Positions 30,275 through 40,700 of a stretch of 64,000 nucleotides of DNA are shown in pieces; the first letter of the stretch is position 1, and the number at the start of each line of letters is the position of its first letter. The stretch spans positions 91,894 through 155,893 of the forward strand of contig DATJFQ010000041.1 of assembly GCA_035495555.1 (NCBI GenBank), in the 5' to 3' direction. The notes under the pieces were generated by a model that made no database searches, was not told the DNA's origin, and saw only the letters and a program-made list of their open reading frames with translations. This DNA is from Vicinamibacterales bacterium. Its GTDB lineage: Bacteria; Acidobacteriota; Vicinamibacteria; Vicinamibacterales; 2-12-FULL-66-21. The position numbers and the translations under genes were made by a program.

Positions 30275-30676
30275 ATGGCCAATACCTCAGGCGGCGCGTC
30301 CAGCGGTCTGTCCGTGCTCGTCGTCGACGACAACCGTGATTCGGCGGAGATGCTCCAGGTGCTGCTCAGCATGCTTGGGCACAGCGTCGCCGTGGCGCAC
30401 ACCGGCCGCAGTGCGATCGATACGGTCGTCGAGACGAATCCGCATGTCGTGCTGCTCGATATCGGCTTGCCCGATATGAGCGGCTATGAGGTGGCGCGCG
30501 AGATCCGCTCATCGAATGCGGCGCCGGTGCGGCTGATTGCCTTGACGGGTTGGGGGCAGGAAGAAGTGGCGCGGCAGGCGGCGGACGCCGGGTTCGATCA
30601 GCACCTTACGAAACCGGCCGATCCGGCAGTACTCGAGCGGATTCTCAGCGAGATCGCATCTTCAGTGGTGCGATAG
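30275..30676 (+). CDS. Stand-alone response regulator receiver domain protein
   Basis: Internal start MANTSGGASSGLSVLVVDDN (ATG 30275). LLDIGLPDMSG (phospho-Asp), conserved LTGW and HLTKP. No output domain. Confidence 0.85.
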   Translation: MANTSGGASSGLSVLVVDDNRDSAEMLQVLLSMLGHSVAVAHTGRSAIDTVVETNPHVVLLDIGLPDMSGYEVAREIRSSNAAPVRLIALTGWGQEEVARQAADAGFDQHLTKPADPAVLERILSEIASSVVR

Positions 30677-30760
30677 ACAACTACACAACTGCACAACTGC
30701 CAACGACCCAAGGCGTTCGAGCATTTACGCCTTGGGTGTTTGTGTAGTTGTGTTTGTGCA
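30676..30760. repeat. AACTACACAACT-type low-GC imperfect palindromic element, with a core hairpin likely acting as a bidirectional terminator
   Basis: Left arm: caactacacaactgcacaactgccaac. Core stem: CCCAAGGCG (30707-30715) / CGCCTTGGG (30728-30736). Right arm: gtttgtgtagttgtgtttgtgcac. Lies between convergent genes. Confidence 0.7.
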
Positions 30761-30761
30761 C

Positions 30762-33700
30762 TCAGCGCGTGAGCGCTGCAATCTGCCGCGTGAGCGCTTC
30801 GTACCGCGCGAGCGCTTCTTCGACAGTCTTGACCGCCTGCGCGGAAATTGGTCCGGCGCCTTCCTGCGTCAGTCTGTAGACGCCCTGTAATTCGGCGCTG
30901 ACCGATGCGAGCGTCGGCTGGGCGGTGCGAGCGGCACCTCGCCCGCGGCCGCGTCCCTCTCCGCCGGATCCCGCAAGGGCTGCCAGTTGGTCGGCCCGCT
31001 GTGAGTCGCCCCCGGATCGAGCCCGCTGCTCCGCTGCTGCAATCTGTCCCTTCGCGTGTTCGAGATCCGCGGACGCGTCGTAAACGCGCTTCGCCAACGC
31101 GAACTGATGCGCAATCGTCGCCGCGGTTGATTTGACCCGCGGGTCCATCTTCACCGTCAGCGGCTGCGCCAACGCCTGGCCGTTCACGGTGAGCTTCACT
31201 GTGTACGTCCCCGGAACAACCCAGGGCCCGCGGGGTTCCGCGGGCGTGTTGTGCGGCGTCGCCGAGATTGGGTACGACGGCAGCGCGCCGGGCAGCATCG
31301 GATAATGGAGGTCCCACACGAATCGATGCAGGCCCGCGTCCGCCGCGAGGATCTGCGTCGGCCGGATCCAGTACCGCGGCGTGTTCCCGATGTCGCGAAT
31401 CTCCGGGGCTTTCTCGTCGCTGCTGAAGCGCCGGATCGTCTTCCCTGCGGGGTCGAGCACCTCCAGGGTGACGACGCCGTCGGCGGGCTGCGGCAGGTAG
31501 TAGTTGATGATGGCGCCGTCCGGCGGATTCTGCCCTGCCGGTTCGTCGACCGGCAGCGGCGTATCGGTGTACTTGCTCCAGTCGAAGCGGATGGCGGTCT
31601 GCGGCTTGAACAGGTGCGCCGTCGCCGGCTGCGCGCCGGCGGCCGCAAGCTGCCGCAGCGGGGTCACGTCGTCGAGGATCCAGAACCCCCGGCCGTGCGT
31701 GCCCGCAATCAGATCGTCATCTTTGATCATGACATCCCGAATCGACGTCGCCGGCATGTTGACCCGCAGCGACTGCCAGTGGTCACCGTCGTCCAAAGAT
31801 ACGTACGTCTCCGTCTCGGTTCCCGCGAACAGCAGCCCTTTTTGCTTCGGATCCTCCTTGACCGAATTGACGACGGTGCCGTCGGCGATGCCGGTGACGA
31901 TCTCCGTCCACGTCTTCCCGCCGTCGCGCGTGCGGTAGATATGCGGATGCAGTTCGTCGAGGCGGAAGGTGTTAATCGCCGCATAGGCGCCGAGCGGGTT
32001 CGTATGGGAGGCGTCCATCATCGACACCTTCGCCCAGGCCTTCAGTTGCGGCGGCGTCACGTCCGTCCAGTTCTTGCCGCCATCGGCTGTCGTCTGGATC
32101 AGGCCGTCGTCAGTCCCTGCCCAAATGCGGTTGGGATCCGTGTATCCCGGCGCAATGGTATAGATAACGCCCTTCTGCGAGACGCGCGCCGCGGGCGAGT
32201 CCTTGAAGATGCCGACGTTGGGCGGAACTTCCCATGTGTTCCGCGTGAGATCCGGACTGATTACCGTCCAGCCCTGCAGGCCACCCGTCGTGGTCTTCCA
32301 GAGCTGATTCGAGGCGAAGTAGAGGATGTGCGGATCGATCGGCGAGAACACCAGCGGCTGCGTCCGAACGGTTCGATACTCGCCGCTCTGGCCGCCCATA
32401 CCTGGCCGTGGCGAGACATCGATGACGTTGCCGGTCCTGCGATCGTACCGCGTCACCTTGCCGCCGTAGACGATGTCGGGGTTCAGCGGATCGGGTGCGA
32501 CGTAGCCGTATTCCTCGACGCCGACAGGATGCCAGTCGCGGAACGTGATTCGGCCGTCGTCGCTGCGGCTCGCGACGCACGCGGACCCGCTCTCCTGCTG
32601 GCCGCCGCAGACGCGATACGGGAACGCGTTGTCGGCGCTCACGTGATAGAACTGCGCCGTCGGCTGGTTGTACCACGTGCTCCAGGTGTTTCCGCCGTTC
32701 ACGGTCACGACGGCCCCCTGGTCGGATCCGATGATCAGGATGTTCGTGTCGTCGGGATTGATCCAGATGCGGTGGTAGTCGTCGCCGCCGGGCGCACCGC
32801 GCAGTGAACTGAACGTCCTGCCTCCATCCACCGACTTCCACGCGACGATGCTGGCGGTGTAGACGATGTCCGGGTTCTTCGGATCGACTTTGACTTCCGC
32901 GAAATCATCTCCACGCGTCACCACGAGATCGTTGTCCGTTGCCTTGCGCCAGCTCTGGCCGGCGTCGTCGGAACGATAGAGTCCGCCGTTCTGGCGCGCC
33001 TCGACGGCGGCGTACATCCGCCGCGGATCGCTTGGCGCAATCGTGATCCCGATCCGGCCGAGCCCCTGCTCGAACGTGGGCAGTCCGTTCGTCAAGGGAT
33101 GCCACGTGTCGCCGCTGTCGTTCGATTCGAAGAGACCGCTGTTGGGCCCGGTGAACACGCCGTTTTCCCACGGGCCCTGTCGTGCCTCCCAGAGCACTGC
33201 GTAGATGTGATTCGCGTTCGACGGATCTATGGCCAGGTCGACGGCCCCTGTGTTCTCGTCCTTGTACAGAACCTTCTTGAAGGACTGGCCGCCGTCCATG
33301 GATCGGAAGACTCCCCGCTCCTCGTTCGGTCCGTACGGATGTCCCAGCACGGCGACGAACAGGCGATCCGCGTTGCGCGGGTCGACCACGATTTGCGGGA
33401 TCTGCTGCCCGTCGCGAAGTCCCAGGTGCGTCCAGGACTTGCCCGCATCGGTCGATTTGTAAATGCCGTCGCCCGTCGAGAGATCCGGCCGCTGCAACCC
33501 TTCGCCGCTTCCGACGTAAATGACGTTGGGATCCGACGGCGCCACGGCAATTGCGCCGACGGACCCGGTCGGCGCGTCGTCGAAGATCGGTTGCCACGTG
33601 GTGCCGTAGTCCGTCGATCTCCACACGCCGCCGTTGACGGCGCCGATGTAAAACACGTTCGGCTGGCCCGGCACACCTGTCGCAGATTTCGTGCGGCCTC

Positions 33701-33872
33701 CGCGGAACGGACCGATCTGGCGCCAGTGGAGTTCGGCGAACAACCCCTTGCTCGAGGTGTCGCGGAGCGGCGCGGCGCCAGGGGATTGCTGCCCGACCGC
33801 CGCCAGGCCGGCGGCGCAGGCACAGCCGAGCAGAGTGACGAAGACTCGATGTTGAAGTGATTGGTCGCGCAT
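30762..33872 (-). CDS. Secreted BNR/Asp-box repeat (sortilin/VPS10-like) beta-propeller protein
   Basis: 1036 aa with an N-terminal signal. At least 10 Asp-boxes (STDYGTTW, STDAGKSW, SMDGGQSF, SNDSGDTW, SDDAGQSW, SVDGGRTF, TADGGKNW, TRDGGKTW…). Confidence 0.85.
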   Translation of the reverse strand: MRDQSLQHRVFVTLLGCACAAGLAAVGQQSPGAAPLRDTSSKGLFAELHWRQIGPFRGGRTKSATGVPGQPNVFYIGAVNGGVWRSTDYGTTWQPIFDDAPTGSVGAIAVAPSDPNVIYVGSGEGLQRPDLSTGDGIYKSTDAGKSWTHLGLRDGQQIPQIVVDPRNADRLFVAVLGHPYGPNEERGVFRSMDGGQSFKKVLYKDENTGAVDLAIDPSNANHIYAVLWEARQGPWENGVFTGPNSGLFESNDSGDTWHPLTNGLPTFEQGLGRIGITIAPSDPRRMYAAVEARQNGGLYRSDDAGQSWRKATDNDLVVTRGDDFAEVKVDPKNPDIVYTASIVAWKSVDGGRTFSSLRGAPGGDDYHRIWINPDDTNILIIGSDQGAVVTVNGGNTWSTWYNQPTAQFYHVSADNAFPYRVCGGQQESGSACVASRSDDGRITFRDWHPVGVEEYGYVAPDPLNPDIVYGGKVTRYDRRTGNVIDVSPRPGMGGQSGEYRTVRTQPLVFSPIDPHILYFASNQLWKTTTGGLQGWTVISPDLTRNTWEVPPNVGIFKDSPAARVSQKGVIYTIAPGYTDPNRIWAGTDDGLIQTTADGGKNWTDVTPPQLKAWAKVSMMDASHTNPLGAYAAINTFRLDELHPHIYRTRDGGKTWTEIVTGIADGTVVNSVKEDPKQKGLLFAGTETETYVSLDDGDHWQSLRVNMPATSIRDVMIKDDDLIAGTHGRGFWILDDVTPLRQLAAAGAQPATAHLFKPQTAIRFDWSKYTDTPLPVDEPAGQNPPDGAIINYYLPQPADGVVTLEVLDPAGKTIRRFSSDEKAPEIRDIGNTPRYWIRPTQILAADAGLHRFVWDLHYPMLPGALPSYPISATPHNTPAEPRGPWVVPGTYTVKLTVNGQALAQPLTVKMDPRVKSTAATIAHQFALAKRVYDASADLEHAKGQIAAAEQRARSGGDSQRADQLAALAGSGGEGRGRGRGAARTAQPTLASVSAELQGVYRLTQEGAGPISAQAVKTVEEALARYEALTRQIAALTR

Positions 33873-33944
33873 GGCTGATCCGCCACAAGATATCAGGGTT
33901 CAGCCGCGCGCGATTCGGGTTAACGTATCCCCATAGGAGACAGC

Positions 33945-35060
33945 ATGAGCGGAGTTCGTGTTCTCGCAGGCACGCGCAAGGGCGCCTTCATTCTGACGTC
34001 CGACGGCGCACGCAAGCAGTGGGACGTCAAAGGCCCGTATTTCGGCGGCTGGGAGATGTACCACATCAAGGGTTCTCCGGTCGATTCGAACCGCATCTAC
34101 GCCTCGCAGTCGAGCGGCTGGTTCGGCCAGACCATGCAGCGCTCCGACGATGGCGGGAAGACGTGGGTGCCGATCGGCAACAAGTTCGTCTACGACGGTG
34201 TGCCCGGCACCCATCAGTGGTACGACGGAACGCCGCATCCCTGGGAGTTCAAGCGCGTCTGGCATCTCGAGCCATCGCTGACGGATCCCGATCTCGTCTA
34301 CGCCGGTGTCGAAGACGCCGCAATTTTCAGGAGTACCGACGGCGGGATGACGTGGGCGGAGATGCCGGGATTGCGCGGCCACGGGTCCGGCCCTCGATGG
34401 CAGCCCGGCGCGGGTGGTCTCTGCCTGCACACCATCCTGCTCGACCCGCAGAAGGCTCAGCGGATGTTCATCGCCATCTCTGCGGCCGGCGCGTTTCGGA
34501 CGGATGACGGCGGCGACACGTGGACGGCAATCAACCAGGGGCTCCGGTCGCAGTACATTCCGGACCCCAACGCGGAGGTCGGCCACTGCGTGCACCGCCT
34601 CGCGCTGCATCGCTCGCGTCCCGACACGCTCTTCATGCAGAAACACTGGGACGTGATGCGCACCGACAACGCCGGCGATCGGTGGACCGAAGTCAGCGGC
34701 AATCTGCCGACCGACTTCGGGTTCGTCATCGACGTGCACGCGCACGAACCTGAAACGATTTACGTCGTCCCGATCAAGAGCGATTCCGAGCACTATCCAC
34801 TCGACGGCGCGCTTCGGGTTTATCGCAGCCGCACGGGCGGGAACGAATGGGAGCCGTTGACCAGGGGACTGCCCCAGGAGAACTGTTTCGTAAACGTGCT
34901 CCGCGACTCGATGTCGATCGATCAGCTCGACCCCTGCGGGATCTATTTCGGGACGACGGGTGGACAGGTATACGCGTCCGATAACGGCGGTGATTCCTGG
35001 ACGGCGATCGTTCACGATCTCCCGCCGGTGCTGTCGGTCGAGGTGCAGACGCTGTCATGA
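33945..35060 (+). CDS. Cytoplasmic BNR/Asp-box repeat (sialidase-fold) protein
   Basis: ATG 33945 with SD AGGAGA. No signal peptide. Asp-boxes [40 protein letters not shown]. Confidence 0.8.
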   Translation: MSGVRVLAGTRKGAFILTSDGARKQWDVKGPYFGGWEMYHIKGSPVDSNRIYASQSSGWFGQTMQRSDDGGKTWVPIGNKFVYDGVPGTHQWYDGTPHPWEFKRVWHLEPSLTDPDLVYAGVEDAAIFRSTDGGMTWAEMPGLRGHGSGPRWQPGAGGLCLHTILLDPQKAQRMFIAISAAGAFRTDDGGDTWTAINQGLRSQYIPDPNAEVGHCVHRLALHRSRPDTLFMQKHWDVMRTDNAGDRWTEVSGNLPTDFGFVIDVHAHEPETIYVVPIKSDSEHYPLDGALRVYRSRTGGNEWEPLTRGLPQENCFVNVLRDSMSIDQLDPCGIYFGTTGGQVYASDNGGDSWTAIVHDLPPVLSVEVQTLS

Positions 35061-35353
35061 TTCGCGTGGTGCTGCCGCCGCACCTGAAAGTGCTTGCGCA
35101 CGTTCAGGACGAAGTGCTGCTCCACGTCGAGGATCCGCCGACGATTGGGTCGATCCTCGACGCCGTCGAGAGCCAGTATCCGATGCTGGCCGGTACCATC
35201 CGCGATCACGTCACGCACAAGCGGCGCCCGTTCGTGCGGTTTTTCGCGTGCGAGGAAGACCTGTCGCACGTGTCTTCGGACACGGTCGTTCCGGCTGCGG
35301 TCATCGCCGGCAAGGAACCGTTCCTGATCGTTGGCGCGCTTGCCGGTGGGTAA
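35057..35353 (+). CDS. MoaD/ThiS-family ubiquitin-like (beta-grasp) protein with a C-terminal Gly-Gly
   Basis: 98 aa: [16 protein letters not shown]…[15 protein letters not shown] overlap with the BNR gene. Length, hydrophobic pattern and terminal GG fit the sulfur-carrier/Ubl fold. Confidence 0.7.
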   Translation: MIRVVLPPHLKVLAHVQDEVLLHVEDPPTIGSILDAVESQYPMLAGTIRDHVTHKRRPFVRFFACEEDLSHVSSDTVVPAAVIAGKEPFLIVGALAGG

Positions 35354-36767
35354 ACGCGCGCGCGTCGCGCTGGCCACGGCGATCTTTCTCGTCATCTGGG
35401 GGCTCACGACACACGGAAAGCACTCCGTGAGCGGCGACGAGCCCCATTACCTGATGGTCGCGCAGAGTCTGCTGTCTGACGGCGACCTCGATCTCCGGAA
35501 CAACTACCGGGACGACCAGGGCCGGCTGTTCGGAGCGGCCGGACTCCAGCCGGAACTGCACGCGAGGCCGGCCCTCGACGGACGTCTCCTCCCTGTTCAC
35601 GACATCGGACTGCCAATCCTGTTGCTGCCCGCGTACGCGGCTGCGCGTGGCCTGGCGAGCGTCGCACCGCCGGCAACGCTCGCGCGCTTCCGAATGACCC
35701 CGGGGCTGTTCGCCTATTCGCTCGTGTCGCTCGTGATCGCGGCGTTGTTCACCCTTTCCGCCGTCGTCACCGCCACGGCGCTTGGACAGCAGGGCGTCTC
35801 GAACCGGGCCTCGATGGTGGCCGTTCTCGCCGTGTGGCTCACCGCACCGCTCCTCTCGAACTCGTTTCTCGTGTTCCCGGAGGCGGTCGCGCTGGCGGTG
35901 ACGGCGTGGACCGTTTACGCCTGCGGCGGTGTCCGGAATTCGCGCTGGCGGGGATCCGACTGGCTCCTTGTCGCCGCGTTGGGCGCGCTCCCGTGGGTGC
36001 ATCGGAAATACGCGCTGTATGCCTGCGCGTTGCTCGCCGTCATGGTGTGGAAACGTCGGGGCAATCCGAAGCAGCGTTCACGGCTCGCGGGCGTCGTCGC
36101 GTTGTACGCGATCCCGCAAGCCGCTCTGGCCTGGTGGACATACCGGCACTGGGGCAATCTGGCCGGACCGATCGCGCTGGATCGATTGCCGTTTTCACGG
36201 GACGCGGTGGCGCACGGCCTGCTCGGGACCTTCTTCGATCGTGAGAATGGTCTGCTCTGGTGGGCGCCGGCGTACGCGGTGCTCCCGGCAGTGTGGTGGG
36301 TCAGAGGAAAAGAGGGCCTGCCGTGGCTCGCGCCGGTGATCGCGCTCATCGTTCCAGGCGCAGCGCACGATCAATGGTGGGGCGGCTTCTCGCCCGCGGC
36401 GCGGTTTCTCGTTCCGCTCGCGCCTGTCGTGTGCGTCGTGAGCGTCCCGGCGCTCGTTCGCCGCCGCTGGGTTCGCGCCACAGCGGTCGGGCTGCTGGTG
36501 CCACAACTCCTCATCGCCGCTTACGGGTGGCAGCGCCCACGGCTCTTGTGGCCCGTGGGCGACGGCCACAACCGCATCCTCGAGAGGCTGGCGCCGTGGC
36601 TGAACGCCTGGACGCCGTCGCTCCGAACGATGACTGAGCACGCCTGGAGTCGCGCGTTCGAGCTGCTGGCCGGCGTCGTCGTTCTGAATCTGCTGCTCGT
36701 CCTCGCCGCTCAGCGCGATCTCGCCCCGCCGGCAGAGGCGCCCGTCTCTCCAACCAATCGACGATAG
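35346..36767 (+). CDS. Polytopic membrane protein, GT-C-like (putative glycosyltransferase)
   Basis: GTG 35346 (GTGGGTAA overlap with the Ubl stop; TTG 35331 is an alternative). More than 10 hydrophobic segments. First-loop acidic motif SGDEPHYLMVAQSLLSDGDLDLRNNY. The family assignment is by architecture only. Confidence 0.6.
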   Translation: MGKRARVALATAIFLVIWGLTTHGKHSVSGDEPHYLMVAQSLLSDGDLDLRNNYRDDQGRLFGAAGLQPELHARPALDGRLLPVHDIGLPILLLPAYAAARGLASVAPPATLARFRMTPGLFAYSLVSLVIAALFTLSAVVTATALGQQGVSNRASMVAVLAVWLTAPLLSNSFLVFPEAVALAVTAWTVYACGGVRNSRWRGSDWLLVAALGALPWVHRKYALYACALLAVMVWKRRGNPKQRSRLAGVVALYAIPQAALAWWTYRHWGNLAGPIALDRLPFSRDAVAHGLLGTFFDRENGLLWWAPAYAVLPAVWWVRGKEGLPWLAPVIALIVPGAAHDQWWGGFSPAARFLVPLAPVVCVVSVPALVRRRWVRATAVGLLVPQLLIAAYGWQRPRLLWPVGDGHNRILERLAPWLNAWTPSLRTMTEHAWSRAFELLAGVVVLNLLLVLAAQRDLAPPAEAPVSPTNRR

Positions 36768-37765
36768 AAACTCCAGAGCAGGTTCGTGTGCGTGTACTGC
36801 GCCGATTCCGGCAGATTCGTCGGCGTAATCGACGCGCCTGTGCGCGAAACCGCCCAACTCTGGACGATGATCTGGTCCGGAAGATCCGCGGACGTCGGGA
36901 ACGCCTCGGCGATTGCGTTCACGAGACGTCCGGCGTCGAGCGCATACAGCGCGTCGGCGTCTCCGTTGTTGCCCCAGACGATGACGCCGAACTTCAGGCC
37001 GGCAGCGGCGCAGGCCGTTCTCAGCCGGCGCATGTCGGCGGTCACGTCGACGTGGACCTGCCGCACTGCGTTCAGGTCGATGTCGAGGTGCAGGAACACG
37101 GGCGCGGCATTCCGCGTGCGCAGGAGATCGAGCATCGTCTCGATCTCGCTCTCGCTCGAGACCGGATACGCCTCGATCAACCCGATCTGCACCGAGGGGC
37201 GCGCCGCACGCACGCCGCTCATATACACCGCCACGCGATCTGCCGTCGGCTCGAGCGCGGGCCCCCCGCAGGCCGGCGCGCGTCCTGATGCGAACGGCTC
37301 GTCCATCGCGAGATAGCTCACGATCCCGCCGGCGCGCTCGACCGCGCCGATAGAGGCCAGCGTATCAGCAATGGACGTGTTCATCCCGCTGGCGTCGGCC
37401 GTGCAGTAGTACTCCTTCACGGCCGGTTCTTCGATCGCGATCTTCTTGCCCCAGCGGACGAGCGTGCGGAAGGCGCCGGCATTTGCAAGCGCGGTGTAGC
37501 TGTTGGGGCCGACGACGGCCGGGGCCGGCGTCTGCGTGTGCTGCTGATAGAACTTGAATACGGAGAAGAGCTGGCGCGCGTGCGGCCACTCTTCTGGGCG
37601 CTGGAACAGGTCGACGTAGTCGATGCTGCCCGGACTCGGGGTGAACCACACGCGATCGGGCGTGAAGGCCGCGCGCACGTTTCCCCCCCCGGCCGACAGC
37701 AGCATGAGCAGGAGCACCGCCGCGAGCAGCGAGCCCTGAGTCCAACGGTGCGAGTGTTCGGCCAC
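36710..37765 (-). CDS. Secreted or membrane-anchored hypothetical protein
   Basis: GTG 37765. N-terminus (V)AEHSHRWTQGSLLAAVLLLMLLSAGG, related to the N-terminus of the upstream gene. 58-nt convergent overlap with the 35346..36767 gene. Confidence 0.55.
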   Translation of the reverse strand: MAEHSHRWTQGSLLAAVLLLMLLSAGGGNVRAAFTPDRVWFTPSPGSIDYVDLFQRPEEWPHARQLFSVFKFYQQHTQTPAPAVVGPNSYTALANAGAFRTLVRWGKKIAIEEPAVKEYYCTADASGMNTSIADTLASIGAVERAGGIVSYLAMDEPFASGRAPACGGPALEPTADRVAVYMSGVRAARPSVQIGLIEAYPVSSESEIETMLDLLRTRNAAPVFLHLDIDLNAVRQVHVDVTADMRRLRTACAAAGLKFGVIVWGNNGDADALYALDAGRLVNAIAEAFPTSADLPDQIIVQSWAVSRTGASITPTNLPESAQYTHTNLLWSFYRRLVGETGASAGGARSR

Positions 37766-37769
37766 CGGA

Positions 37770-40700
37770 TCAGACGCCAGACGACGAGGCAACGATTCTC
37801 CCGGTAGAACGCTCCACGAGCAGCATCCGCGATCGACCCGCCGGTATAGACACCGCAATCCGACGACCGTCTACGAGGACTGTCCGCACCGCCTCGGCGG
37901 CCGTTTCGTTGACGCACACGATCAGCGCCGCGCGGGGCGCGCGCAGTACGCGCGTGGCGATGGGTACTTCGGACTCGGTGATCTGAACGCCTGCCGCGGC
38001 CAGCGCGTCGCGAAGAAGCCCCACGAGCGGCTCGGCCTCGCCCGCGAACCCGAGCGGCAGCGGTTCGCGCCAGATGTGCGCGATTGCCCAGGATGATTCC
38101 TCCTGCATCGCTCGGCGCAGCCACGCGCTCTGCCCTTGATCGTACGTCGCCCAGCCGCCGCCCCATCGCGTCCGCTCGTGCTGGACGACTGCTCGCGACG
38201 CACCCCCCGCGCCGAGTGCGGCCAAGGCGGGAGTGACGCGGCCGTACGGGTCGCCTTCGAGGTTGCCGGTAATCACGACGAGACTGCCCGCCTGCGCTGC
38301 CGCGACCAGCGCGTGTGCGGCGGCGTCTGGCAGGATCTCCGGATCCGGTACAACGATCAGTCGCGCGCCCGCGAGCCGCTCCGCACTCAACCGCTCGTCA
38401 GAGAGCGCCGTCGGGACGACGCCAAAGTGCTCGGCCAGCACGTGCACGACGCGTTTGGTCGCCGCGAGTCCGCCTGGCCTGCCGGAGAACAGCCGCGCGT
38501 GCGGAATCACGATCAGGACGGGATCGGGTTCGAAGTCATCGAGCCAGCTCGCCGCGGTCGCAAAAAACGTCGATGCGGTCGTGAGCGCGCGCAGTTCGGG
38601 CTTGTATGTCCCGTCGGGCCGAACGATCCCGATCACCGACTCGTTGTCGATCGGTTGATACGGATTGATGTTCCACGCCCACTGCACGGCGCCGGCGCCG
38701 CGCGAGGCAAACGCGTACGCGACTTTTCGTTCGAGCAGGCGCGCCGCGTCTTCAGGGCTGCGCCACGGGTGACCGTCGACGTCTTCCAGGCGCATCAAGC
38801 CGGTCTCCTGGTGCAGATTCGCCTTTTCGGGCACTTTCGTGAGAACGCCGTCCCAGAGGAGATCGTCGTTGTTCCACCACGTGTGCACGGCGGTGTAATC
38901 GAGCGACGTCGCGTGAAGCTGCTGGGCGGGTCGAAGTTCGGTGCCGCCTTCGTCCTGTCCGAGCGTGACGAGCGTGTCGGGGCCCGCCGCCGTCTTCAGC
39001 ACGTCGCGCAGCGCCGCCGCCCATTTCGCAATCACCTCCTGCGAGAACAGCGCAAAGTCGTAGGCCTTGCGCGGCATGCGCTCCTCCCGAATCATCGACC
39101 AGCTCAGATCCTGCAGTGTCGGGATCCGCCCGACGTCGTCGGCGGCGACCCGCCAGAGTCCCCGCAGCGCATCGGCGTCGTCGCCGTGGCGCGCCGAGAC
39201 GAATGCGTGCCACGCCTGCGCTTCCTGCGGATCGCCGACCGGCTGATTGGTCCAGAGTGCCGCCGCCGGCGAGTACGACGGCTCGTTGATCAAGTCCCAC
39301 GATATCCAGGGCACGTCCTTGAACCGGGTCGCGAACAGCGTGACGAACGCGCGCTGTCCCTCGAGAGAGCGCGGATCCAGGAAGGGATTCGTGCCGCCGA
39401 AGTACGGCGGTTGGAATGCAAAGAACGTGAAACAGACGTGTATGCGGTGCCGCGCGGCGGTCTGCACGTATGCCTCGAGTGCGCTGAGAACGCCTTCGTC
39501 GATCGCACCGGGATCGAGCATCACACGCGACCAGCCCGTCCAGATCCCGGTACGCACGAAATTGATGCCGCGGCGCTGCATCGCCGCGAAGTCCTCGTCC
39601 CACACGTGCGGGTTGGGCTCGAGCAGGAACTTGCGGTCCACGTCCGAGGCCATGTACGTGGTTCCGACGATTGGCAGCACGTGCCCGTCGGCGCGAAGCC
39701 AGTCGCGCGAGACGGTCAGCCTCGGGCCGCGCGATAACAGCGCGTCATCACGCACCCAAAATCCGGTCGTTGTCCCGGACGGTCGGGATGGAAGGCCTGG
39801 AATCGAAACAGTGACGTGATACAGGCCCGGCGCCAGCGTGAGACCTGGTGCGACCGGCGCAATGGCCGTCCGAAGCTGCGGTGGTCCCGCGAGCGGCACG
39901 TCTCCCTGCCAGCGATCGAGACCGCCATCGTCTTTCACGACGATGTGAGCTGCGAGTGCCGCGGTTTCGCCGGCACGCGGCCGTGGCCGTTGAACGACGA
40001 TACGAAGTTGCGCTGCCTCCCCGGCCGCAATCGAGGCGCGCACCGGACGCGCGTCGACGTCGACCGCACCTTCAAGGGCGCGGAGCGCCGCATCGCGGAT
40101 GAACGCCGCATCGAGCACCGCATCGGACGGCGCGAGCATCCATCGGCCGCCAGCGCCCGAGCCACGGACGCGATCGATCATCAGCAGCGGACACGCTCGT
40201 GGTGTGCCGTCCTTGTCGGTCACATGGATCAGCGGACGCACGATACCGTCGCGCCGCCCCTCGGAACCACCTTCGTCCGGAAAATCCTTCACGGACGCGA
40301 GACGGATCGTCAAGGCAAAGCTATGACCGGGTAGCGCCGGCAACCGCGTCCAGCCAGAATCCGTAACGGTTGTGATACGCGCAGGGCCGTCGAATCCAGC
40401 CGTGTCGATGGCGTCCGCCGGGCCGATCAGGAGCTGATGCGCGAAGGTCGGCTGCCGGGTGTCCACCACGTAAGTCGCTTGCGCGCGAGACGACCGGACC
40501 GGCACTTCGAATGGGGCGCCGCCGAGCACGAGCAGACCACCGCCGGCGTCGATGAAACCTCGAATCGCGGTCCACGCTTCGACAGGAAACGCGCTGCCGT
40601 AAGGCAGCACGAGGACGTCCGCGGCGTCGGGCGTCAGACCATCGGCGAGCGATTTCGGTGAATCGAAGGTGACGAGCGGAAGATCCGTGAACGCGGCGTC

